64,000 nucleotides of DNA, taken from contig CAZELA010000001.1 of the NCBI GenBank assembly GCA_964512835.1, forward strand, positions 41,372 through 105,371, read 5' to 3'. The stretch is from an uncultured Candidatus Saccharibacteria bacterium (lineage in GTDB: Bacteria > Patescibacteriota > Minisyncoccia > Phycocordibacterales > UBA2100). The notes beneath the pieces are model-generated. The model had not been told where the DNA came from. It did no database searches and saw only the letters and a list, made by a program, of their open reading frames with translations. Below are positions 39,306-51,300 of the stretch, piece after piece; positions within the stretch are counted from its first letter, which is position 1; every line of letters starts with the position of its first letter. The position numbers and the translations under genes were made by a program.

Positions 39306-42300
39306 ATGTCCGAAGAACATTATTTCGAAGGCATCAAATTCGTTGCGGCAGCTGACGCTGCCGCAACGTTTGGTTTTAAGCGTGACTACATCGGGATTCT
39401 GTGCAGAACGAAAAAAGTTAACGGACGTCGTATCGGACGCAATTGGTATGTAGATGAGAACTCGCTCAAATCTTTTTTAGTGTCTCAAGAACATGCGCGC
39501 GCGCAGCGACGATTGGATCTTGCAGCCCAGAGATCTCAAGAATACAGAAATGCTCATACGCCTGAATCAGCGCCTGCAATCTTGCCTCCCACGGAGCAGA
39601 AGGCCAGCCCGGTGGTTAAGGCGACCGCGGCCTTCACGGCAGCCACGATCGCTTCGTTGCCGAGTGTGGCTGATGCAAGAACGGTTTTTGAAAAGGCGAA
39701 CGCTATAACACAAAAGTCGGCAGAGACGGCGATAGCGCACGGTACACGGGTTGTCGAAAAAACGATGGACGGTATTCGGATTCCTGCCGGCGCATCGCTT
39801 GAAGTGGTCCGCACTTCGATCCAGGCATCCGCTGCACACGCGCCCATCTACGCTGCCACGCCGTTTAGTGAACTCGTGCATAAAGCTTTTGCGCTCACAC
39901 TCGCATTCGTTCTCACGTTCGGCACGTACTCGCTCGTGGATCCCACATACGCACGGGTTGCGTTTACCACGGTGAAAGATTCGGCGAACAATATTTCGCT
40001 GGGAGTTGAACAGTTAAGCGCATTCGTTTCGAATCCGCGCTTGTCCGTTTCGTTTGCTGATGTAAACCCCGCTGCCGTCGCGTCCTCGCTTTCCGGTTCT
40101 GTTCCTTCGTTTGCAGAGAAGTTGGCGCGCGGTATTAATGCGTCGATTAATAATTTCGTTTTCGCGGTCGCGTTTCCGGGATACGTGTACGGCACGCCGG
40201 CAACGCCGCACATGAACCGAGGAACTGTTGCGGTGCAGGTCGTTCCGCAGGGGCGAGTCACTCCCGGCACGAGCGAATCTCCGGTTCGAGAGCCGGTGGC
40301 CGTGGGCACCGGGGCTCCTGCGCAGACGACGGTCATTACAAATCCCATTCGCGAACGGGTAGTTGAAAGGGAGCGCGTTGTTATAGCGGGCGGTATAACA
40401 GAGGAGGCGCTTACCGCTCGATTGCAGGCGCTCGAAAATGCGCTCTCTGCAAGACTCTTCGGCCTTACAAGTGCTAATTCAACGGCGATTGCTCAGAACT
40501 ACAACGTAATTGCACAAACGAATCGCATCGACGTGCTCAACGGTGTCGACATCAGCGGTTCGACGTTTAGCGGTGGAACGATATCGAACACGACCATCAG
40601 CAACGCGACAATCTCAAACGCATCGCTTTCAGGCACGACTACACTCGGCTCGCTCAGCGTAACGGGTAATGGGACCACGACCTTCTCGGGGGGGATCGCA
40701 GTCACCGGAGGCTGCATCACGGTGAACGGTACATGCTTGGGTGCCGGTGGCGCCGGCAACCCGGGCGGCTCTGCGGGACAAGTGCAGTTCAACGACGGGG
40801 GTGTATTCAACGGCGCGGCATCATTTACGTTTAATACGGCGACAGGTGTGGTTGCGGCCACGGGTGTTTCCACAACGGTCGCAACGTCAACGAACATGAT
40901 TGCGGTTAATGCAACGTCGACGAATCTCTTTTCGTCGATTGCACGATTTAATTCCGCGATCATCGACACGCTTGTATCATCCGCAACCACCATCACGAAT
41001 TTGGTGGCGACGAACTCGACGACGACGAATCTGAATATCTCCGGCACAGTTTCAGGTGCGGGTCTCGCATCGTGCTCGGGTGTAGGGGAGAAGCTGTTGT
41101 ACAACGCGGCTACGCGCCAGTTCACCTGCGGTACGGATCTCGATTCCGGAAGCAGCGGCTTCTCGACGACAAGTACACAGTATTTCTCGTCGGTCGGACT
41201 CGCGTTCTCGACCACCTCGAGTGACTACTGGCTTACAACGAAGAACATCACGGCATTCTCTACCACATCGGCTGATTACTGGAAAACGCAGAATAACTTT
41301 CATTCGACGACATCGTTTGCCTACGATCTTTCGACATACAGCCTCGGTTCGTTCTTTTCGACGACCTCGGTCGCGTATTGGGATTCGACACAGTTCCGCT
41401 GGGCTACGACGTCTACCGACGCGTGGCTTGCTACCAAGACGACCGATCAGCTTACCGAAGGGGTTACGAATCGCTACTACTCCAATGCGCTCGTAAACGG
41501 CTTTATTGCAGGATCATCGTCGATTCCGAAGACGTTTGCCAATAACACATTTACCGGCGGAAACACATTTACCGGATCGACCACGCTCGCGAACGCCACC
41601 TCCACCTCCTTCAACACCAACCTCCTCGGCATCGGCGGTACCTCGTACTTCTCATCACTCACCGGTAACGGCCTCCAGAACGTAGGCGGTGCACTCACCG
41701 TCAACCAGGGCCAAGCCTTCTCCACGACATCGGTCGCATTCTGGGACTCCACCCAGGCACGATGGGCAACGACGTCCACCGACTACTGGAAGACCCAGAC
41801 CAACTTCTACTCCACGACATCTGCTGACTACTGGAAGACGCAGAACAACTTCTTCTCCACCACAAGCGCATCCGCGTTCCTCACCCTCAACCAGGGCAAT
41901 GCGTTCTCAACCACATCAATCGCATACTTCGTCTCCAACGGTCTCGCATTCTCCACCACCTCCGCCGACGCATACCTCTCGCTCAACCAGGGTCTCGCAT
42001 TCTCGACAACCTCCGCAGCCTTCCACCTCTCGACCTACGACAAGGGCTCGTTCTTCTCCACGACATCAGTGAACTACTGGGAGGGAACGCAGAGCCGCTG
42101 GGCAACCACATCGTCTGATGCGTGGCTCGCCACCAAGGACAAGGGCTACTTCTTCTCGACCACGTCGGCCCAGAACTTCCTTGCACAGAACACCGGTGCC
42201 GCATTCTCCACCACCTCAGCATCCTTCTTCTCATCCGTCGGTCTCGCATTCTCGACGACATCCGCGTCGTACTTCCTTGCGCAGAATGACTCGTCGTTCT

Positions 42301-45300
42301 CGACGACGAGTGCGGATTACTACAAGTCACAGAATAATTTCTTCTCCACCACCTCCGCATCAGCCTTCGCTGCAAATGGTCTCGCATACTCCACCACCTC
42401 TGCAGACTTCTGGCTCTCGACCAAATCACTCTCTGCCTTCTCCACCACCTCTGCAGACTTCTGGCAGACCCAGCGCAACTTCTTCTCCACCACGAGTGCA
42501 AGTGCATGGTCTGCAGTCGGTCTCGGCCACTCCACCACCTCCTTCGCCTACAACCTCTCCACCTACGACAAAGGATTCTTCTTCTCCACGACATCCGTGA
42601 ATTATTGGGAGGGAACGCAGAGCCGCTGGGCAACCACATCGTCTGACTACTGGCTCTCGACCAAGAACATCAGCGCGTTCTCTACGACGAGCGCCGAATA
42701 CTACGCACAGGCCTCGTCATCGATTGCAAAGACATTTGCAAACAACACCTTCACCGGCACCAACAGCTTCCAGAATGTAACGGCGACGCAGGCCACCTCC
42801 ACCTGGTTCTTCGCCTCCACCGCAAGCACCACCAACAGCTACGCCACCAACGCCACCACGTCCGTCATGTACGTCGGCACCTTCGCCGGCGCCGGTCTCA
42901 CCTCGTGCTCCGGCAGCTCCGACAAGCTCTTGTGGAACGCCACCACCCGTCAGTTCCAGTGCGGAGCTGATGCCGGTGCAGGCGGCGGCATCACCGCTCT
43001 CGGTGCACAGTTCTCGAGCGTACAGACCGGCTCCGCACAGACCTTCGCCACAACATCCGACACCAACATCGGTCTCACCATCGTTTCCTCCGGTGACACC
43101 CATACCTTTAGCCCCACGTGGACCGGCACACTCGCCGGCAGCCGCGGCGGTACCGGCATCGGCACGGTCTCACAGAACGGCCTCCTCATCGGCGGTGCAG
43201 GCAATACCTGGGCGCAAGTTTCCACCTCGTCCCTCGGCATCAGCACCACCAACCTTGTCGAAGGATCCAATCTCTTCTACACCGACGGTCGCGTGCAGAC
43301 CTACCTCAACGGCGTGAACAAGACGTTCTTCTTTGCCACCTCGAGCGCAGACTACTGGCTCACCCAGCAGAACATCAGCGCGTTCTCCACCACCTCCGCT
43401 GACTACTGGAAGACGCAGAACAACTTCCACTCGTCCTCGTCATTCGCCTACAACCTCTCGACCTACGACAAAGGATTCTTCTTCTCCACGACATCGGTGA
43501 ATTATTGGGAGGGAACACAGAGCCGCTGGGCGACCACATCCGCCGCGTACTTCCTGTCACAGAATCAGGGAAATGCGTTCTCGACGACGAGTGCGGATTA
43601 CTACAAGTCACAGAACAACTTCTTCTCGACCACCTCTGCTTCGTACTTCGCATCCACCGGTCTCGCATACTCCACAACCTCCAGCGACTTCTGGCTCTCG
43701 ACCAAATCACTCTCTGCCTTCTCCACCACGTCCGCAGACTTCTGGCAGACCCAGCGCAACTTCTTCTCCACCACGAGTGCAAGTGCATGGTCTGCAGTCG
43801 GTCTCGGCCACTCCACCACCTCCTTCGCCTACAACCTCTCGACCTACGACAAAGGATTCTTCTTCTCCACGACATCGGTGAATTATTGGGAGGGAACACA
43901 GAGCCGCTGGGCAACCACATCGTCTGATGCGTGGCTCGCAACAAAGTCCACGACGAATCTCGCCGAAGGAAGCAACCTGTACTACACATCTGCCCGTGCC
44001 ACGTCGTCATTCATTGCATTGCTCGGCGCTACAACCACTGATGCGCTCACTGAAGGCACAAACAACAAGTACTACACCGATGCCCGTGTGAATTCGTACA
44101 TCGCGGGCTCAACGACGATCCCGAAGACCTACACGACCAACACCTTCACCGGCACCAACTCCTTCCAGAACATCACCGCAACCGGAGCAACCACAACCTC
44201 GCTCTCCACCGGTATCGCATCCACCTCGCTGCTGTTTGTCTCCAACACCACCAACGCACTCCTCAACACCTCTGCATCAGGCCAGGTACAGGCAACCACG
44301 TTCTCCGGACCGCTCTCATTCACCGGCGGCCAGCTCACCATCACGCAGGCAAACGGAGCAGGGCAGAACGGCTACCTCGCATCCACCGACTGGACCTCCT
44401 TTAATAGTCGTCTCTCGACATCGTCGCTCGTCATCGCAGCAGGGCAGGGTCTGGCATTCTCCACCACATCATCTGATTACTGGAAGACGCAGAACAACTT
44501 CTTCTCGACAACCTCCGCCTCTGCCTTTGCAGCAAACGGCCTCGCATTCTCCACCACATCCTCCGACTACTGGCTCACCACTAAGAGTCTCACCGGATTC
44601 TCGACAACCTCCGCTGCCTACTTCGCATCCCTCGGTCTTGCATACTCCACCACCTCGACCCTCGCAGATCTCACGACCTACAACAAAGGCTTCTTCTTCT
44701 CGACAACCTCTGCCTCAGCATTCGCAGCCAACGGTCTCGCGTTCTCCACCACCTCCGCTGACTTCTGGGCATCCACCGGTCGTGCGTACTCCACGACATC
44801 CGCGAACTACTGGTCATCTGTCGGTCTCGGATTCTCGACCACATCATCCAACTACTGGTCATCCCTCGGTCTCGGCCACTCCACCACATCGGTCGCATAC
44901 CAGCTCACACAGCCTGTCATCTTGGGTAATGCCACCTCGACCACGTTCTTCGCTACCACCGCATCCACCACCAACTTCTACTCCAACAGCAGCCGTTTTG
45001 GTTCATCGACAATCGGTTCACTGACGCTCGTTGGTACGACAACCGGAGCGAATGGAATCAACATTGCAGCAGGGTGCTTTGCTATCAATGGTACGTGTGT
45101 GGGAACGAACCAGGCAACAAACGTAGGCTTCGACTTTACGCCGAATACATACGGCACGACCCCAAGCAATTCCACGTCGACCCTGATCGGATTCACCGCA
45201 GGTATTTATTCGGTTGCTTCTTCAACAATCGGCGGCGGCGCTCAGGGGAGCGGACTTACAATATTCGGCGGCGCAACGACAACGGGTAGTCAGCGAATTG

Positions 45301-48300
45301 GTGGTGACCTGATCGTGCTCGGTAATGCGACCACAACGAATTTCTTTGCAACGATCGCATCGAGCACCAATCTGAACGCGCAGTCCGCAAGTTTCGTATC
45401 AGCAGCGATCAACAGCGCCACGCTCGCGGGCGGTTCTCTGTCGGGGACGTTCACCGGCTCGCCGACGTTCTCCGGCAACCCGACGTTCTCCGGCCTCCCG
45501 ATATTCTCCTCCGGGTTCCTGTCTGTCGCCTCTACTACGATCGGTAACGGGACGGCGATCGGAGGCTTAACAATCTCCGGCGGCGCAACGACAACAGGCG
45601 CTTTGACCGTTGTCGGTACAACCCGACTCAACAGCACGCTCACGCTCGACACCGCAATAGCGTGTACTGGTGCATCGGCATTGCAAACTGACGGGTCCGG
45701 ACATGTGGTCTGCGGAGCGATCTCCATCGGAGGTTCTTCCACCGCCGGCGGCTGGACAACGAACAACACGGGTCGCGTATCGCTATCGACCACGACCGAT
45801 ATGGTCGTTGTTGGCGCGTCCTCATCGCCGTACGCAAAGCTCACGGTTATGTCGGGTGGTGCCGCGACAACAACGCTTGCTCTTGTTGCTGCGTCGGGAC
45901 AAACGGCAAATATACTTGATATCTATGGCCCGAGCGGATCGATCAACTCCGCGTTTACTGCAGCGGGGAATTTTGGTCTCGGAACATCAACGCCGGGTGC
46001 AAAGTTTGCGATCGTGGGTAATGACGGCGACAGCAACATCAATCTGTTCCAGATTTCGTCGAGCACCGGCGGTGTTGCTACGGAGCAGCTGACATTCACA
46101 AACAAGGGATTCTTGGGTATCGGTACGGCAGCGCCCACGTATCCGCTTGAAGTTGTTGCGAGTCGAAATGCGGGCCAGTCACTCGTTAAGCTGCAGAATA
46201 CCCATTCGTTCGGTGTAACAGGATTTGAGCTCTTCAATAGTGCCGGGACAAAGTCGGCAGTTTTCGGGTGGGGTAATTCGAACGAATCTGTGTACCCGGA
46301 CACCGCCTTCATCGGATCGACTTCGAATATGCCGTTTGTGTTGCTTGCCGGTAACGCTGAGCGTATCCGTCTGAATCCGGACGGTAATGTGGGTATCGGT
46401 CAGTCAAACCCGAGTACGACGCTCGATGTGGGCGGCACAACAACCGCGACAGCATTCATTGCGTATGACACGGTTAATGCGTCTCAGTTCACGTATGCAT
46501 CCACCACTGCCGTCAGTGCAAATTCGCTGTACACATCGAATTTGCGGGTGAGCGGCACATTGACGCAAACCGGCGGCGCGACATCAAGCCTATCGAATGG
46601 CTTGAGTATCGCGGCGGGATGCTTCTCGGTGAACGGCACCTGTGTGCCGCTCGCAAACGACGGCACCTTCTCCACCACATCCGCTTCGTACTTCTCGTCC
46701 CTCGGTCTTGCATACTCCACCACCTCGACACTCGCAGATCTCACGACCTACAACAAAGGATTCTTCTTCTCCACCACCTCTGCCTCTGCCTTCGCAGCCA
46801 ACGGTCTTGGATTCTCCACAACATCAAATAACTACTGGTCGTCTGTCGGTCTTGGATTCAGCACCACCTCCGCAAACTACTTCCTCAACTCCACCACCTC
46901 GACCGGATTCTCCACGACATCGGCCAACTACTTCTTGAGCCAGAACCAGGGCAACGCATTCAGTACCACAAGTGCAAACTTCTGGTCGTCGGCAGGTCTT
47001 GGCTTCAGCACAACATCCGAGAACTACTACAAGTCCCAGAACAACTTCTTCTCCACGAGCTCCGCATCATTCTTCGCATCCAACGGCCTCGCATTCTCCA
47101 CCACATCCTCTGACTACTGGCTCACCACCAAGAGCCTCACCGGATTCTCTACAACCTCCGCTGCCTACTTCGCATCCCTCGGTCTTGCATACTCCACCAC
47201 CTCGACGCTTGCAGATCTCACGACCTACAACAAAGGCTTCTTCTTCTCCACAACATCAGCCTCCGCCTTTGCAGCAAACGGCCTCGCATTCTCCACCACC
47301 TCCTCCGACTTCTGGGCATCGACCGGTCGTGCGTACTCCACCACATCGGCCAACTACTGGAGCGCTGTCGGTCTCGGATTCTCGACCACATCATCCAACT
47401 ACTGGTCATCCCTCGGCCTCGGCCACTCCACCACATCAGTCGCATACCAGCTGACACAGCCTGTCATCTTGGGTAATGCCACCTCGACCACGTTCTTTGC
47501 TACCACTGCATCCTCGAGCAATCTCTTCACCAACACTGCAACCGTCGGATCCCTCACGGGCGGCACGGGCACGTTCTCCGGTACACTCACCGCAAACGGC
47601 GGCATCACCCTCGGTGGTGCACTCACGGCAGCAGGGAACAACGTGACCGGTATCGGTACTGCATCCACGTCTAACCTGACGGTCTCCAATATCCAAAACA
47701 GCATTCTCTCAACCGGTGCCACCGGTGGCGTTGTCGCTGCCACTATCTCGAGCCCGCTCCAGTTCTCCGGCGGTGCACTCTCGATCCAGGTCGCGAACGG
47801 AACTCAGAACGGCTACCTCTCGTCCACCGACTGGACCTCCTTTAATAGTCGGCTCTCGACCACAACCCTCGGTCTCTTCGACAAGGGCTACTTCTTCTCC
47901 ACCACCTCTGCCTCTGCCTTCGCAGCCAACGGCCTCGCGTTCTCTACCACATCCTCCGACTACTGGCTCACCACCAAGAGCCTCACCGGATTCTCTACAA
48001 CCTCCGCCTCGTACTTCTCGTCACTTGGCCTCGCGTTCTCAACCACATCCTCTGACTACTGGAAAACCCAGAACAACTTCTTCTCGACAACCTCTGCCTC
48101 CGCATTCGCAGCCAACGGCCTCGCATTCTCCACCACCTCCGCGAACTTCTGGAGCTCTGTAGGCCTCGGTCACTCCACGACATCAGTCGCGTACCAATTG
48201 ACTCAGATTCCGGTGATGACAAATGGGTTCACTGCCTTTGCTTCATCTACCATCGGCAACGGTACCGCGACCGGAGGTCTTACGGTCAGCGGACGAGCAA

Positions 48301-51300
48301 CAACGACAAGCAATGCCTACTTCAACGGACTGCTCAGTATAGGTTCGAGTACGCCAAACGCGCTGCTGAGCATCATGCAGAAGTATGGAAATACCAATAC
48401 GTCACTGTTTGAAATCGGATCATCAACGAGTGCGACTGGGGCAACGGGTAGCCAGTATCTGACAGTTCTAAGCTCAGGCGATGTCGGTATAAATACAAGT
48501 ACGCCGTCTGCACGTCTCTCTATCGCTGGAACAACTGCAACCGTTACCGGTGCCAGCGCACCGCTCGCGCTGTACGTCCAAGGTGGCAATGGTGCCGGCG
48601 GTTCGCCGGGGGGCGTGGGCGGCGGTATTTCGCTCGTGGGCGGCAATGGTGGTCAGACTGGGCTTGGTCTTGCAGGAAACGGAGGAACAATCACGCTTAA
48701 AGCGGGCCAGAGCGGAGGCGGTTCAATCGCAAACCAGTATTTGAATCCGTCACAGTTGACCGTATCTACACAAAATATTTCGCTGACAGCAGGCACTGGA
48801 TTAACGGGTAACGATCCGGGTGGAAGCATCAACTTAACAACGGGTTCTGCAGACTTTGGCGCGATCGCCGGCTCCTTTAACTTTTACGGAGGATCGTCTA
48901 CTTCGGCCGGTGGAGATTTCAACTTCATCGGTGGGTTCGCAACGAGTACTTCTGCGACAGCGCGAGGAGGGAACTTCTCAGTCACGGCAGGTTCAGGTGC
49001 AACCACAAGTCTTAATGGTGTGGCTTCTGGAGGAAATGTCATTTTGAACGCGGGTGCGAAAAGTCTTGGAGGCGGATCCAATGGTAGTATCTTGCTCGGC
49101 AACGTTCTCGGTAACGTTGGTGTGGGGGGTACGTCGTCACCATTCGCACTTCTCACTGTCTTCGCGTCGTCGACTGCGACAGGATTCAACAACACGCCGT
49201 TCGCTATCGCATCATCTTCTGGAACCGCAACAACCACGCTCTTCACCGTCTCGAATACCGGCTCCACCACGATTGCAAATGGTGTAAACATCACGGCCGG
49301 CTGCTTCGCTGTAAACGGTACGTGCCTAAGTGCGGGAGACGGCACGTTCTCTACCACATCAGCTTCGTACTTCTCGTCACTCGGTCTTGCGTTCTCAACC
49401 ACATCGACCGACTACTGGAAGACACAGAACAACTTCTTCTCCACCACCTCCAACAACTTCTGGAGCTCAGTCGGTCTTGGCTTCAGCACCACCTCCGCAA
49501 ACTACTTCCTCAACTCCACCACCTCGACCGGATTCTCGACGACATCAGCCAACTACTTCCTGAGCCAGAACACGGGCAATGCATTCTCCACTACATCCTC
49601 CGACTTCTGGGCATCCACCGGTCGTGCGTACTCCACCACATCGGCCAACTACTGGAGCGCTGTCGGTCTCGGATTCTCGACCACATCATCCAACTACTGG
49701 TCATCCCTCGGCCTCGGCCACTCCACCACATCAGTCGCATACCAGCTGACACAGCCTGTCATCTTGGGTAATGCCACCTCGACCACGTTCTTTGCTACCA
49801 CTGCATCCTCGAGCAATCTCTTCACCAACACTGCAACCGTCGGATCCCTCACGGGCGGCACGGGCACGTTCTCCGGTACACTCACCGCAAACGGCGGCAT
49901 CACCCTCGGTGGTGCACTCACGGCAGCAGGGAACAACGTGACCGGTATCGGTACTGCATCCACGTCTAACCTGACGGTCTCCAATATCCAAAACAGCATT
50001 CTCTCAACCGGTGCCACCGGTGGCGTTGTCGCTGCCACTATCTCGAGCCCGCTCCAGTTCTCCGGCGGTGCACTCTCGATCCAGGTCGCGAACGGAACTC
50101 AGAACGGCTACCTCTCGTCCACCGACTGGACCTCCTTTAATAGTCGGCTCTCGACCACAACCCTCGGTCTCTTCGACAAGGGCTACTTCTTCTCGACAAC
50201 CTCCGCATCTGCCTTCGCAGCAAACGGTCTCGGATTCTCGACAACATCAAATAACTACTGGAGCTCAGTCGGTCTTGGCTTCAGCACCACCTCCGCAAAC
50301 TATTTCCTCAACTCCACCACCTCGACCGGATTCTCCACCACCTCAGAAAACTACTACCAGAACTCGTCATCAACCGTCGTCACTGCCTACAAGACCAACA
50401 CCTTCACCGGCACCAACTCCTTCCAGAACATCACCGCAACCGGAGCAACCACAACCTCGCTCTCCACCGGTATCGCATCCACCTCGCTGCTGTTTGTCTC
50501 CAACACCACCAACGCACTCCTCAACACCTCTGCATCAGGCCAGGTACAGGCAACCACGTTCTCCGGACCGCTCTCATTCACCGGCGGCCAGCTCACCATC
50601 ACGCAGGCAAACGGAGCAGGGCAGAACGGCTACCTCGCATCCACCGACTGGACCTCATTCAATAGCCGACTCTCGACATCGTCGCTCGTCATCGCAGCAG
50701 GGCAGGGTCTCGCGTTCTCCACCACCTCGTCTGATTACTGGAAGACGCAGAACAACTTCTTCTCCACGAGCTCCGCATCATTCTTCGCATCCAACGGCCT
50801 CGCATTCTCGACCACCTCCACGGACTACTGGAAAAACCAGAACAACTTCTACTCGACAACCAGCGCGAACTTCTGGGCAGCGCAGGGTCTCGCGTTCTCG
50901 ACAACATCGAATAACTACTGGTCATCCGTAGGATTAGGTCACTCAACGACATCGGTTGCGTACCTGCTCACGCAGACACCGGCGATGACGAACGGCTTCA
51001 CCGCGTTTGCAAGCTCAACGATTGGTAACGGCACGGCAACAGGAGGACTCACTATTAACGGAGGGGCGACAACGACAGGGGACTCAAATGTCGGAGGATT
51101 CCTTCATCTGAACAGTACGACTGGGGGTATCAAAATTGATGGAAATTACTTCCTGACCACGAATACGTCCGTTGGGTCAACGCTCCTCGGCGCGGGTGCC
51201 GGCGGTGCCGCGACGAGTAGCGCCATAAACTACACGACTGCCTTTGGGTACAACGCTTTGAATAGACTAGCCGCTGGTGGTGTGGCGAACGCCGCGTTCG

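Noticed and set aside
39184-39453. 89-aa ORF overlapping the start of the giant gene in another frame
   Set aside because: Overlaps the well-supported start region (HTH-like motif begins at codon 5 of the giant ORF). No homology signal.
41983-44010. Long antisense and alternative-frame ORFs inside the giant gene (e.g. 41983-42639 -, 43375-44010 -, 44236-45024 +, 50011-50931 +, 42118-42600 +) translating to Pro/Arg/Ser/Trp-rich low-complexity proteins
   Set aside because: They lie entirely within the repeat-rich, GC-rich coding sequence of the 7,393-aa ORF and show no domain signal. Identical copies simply mirror the sense-strand duplications. Classic shadow ORFs.
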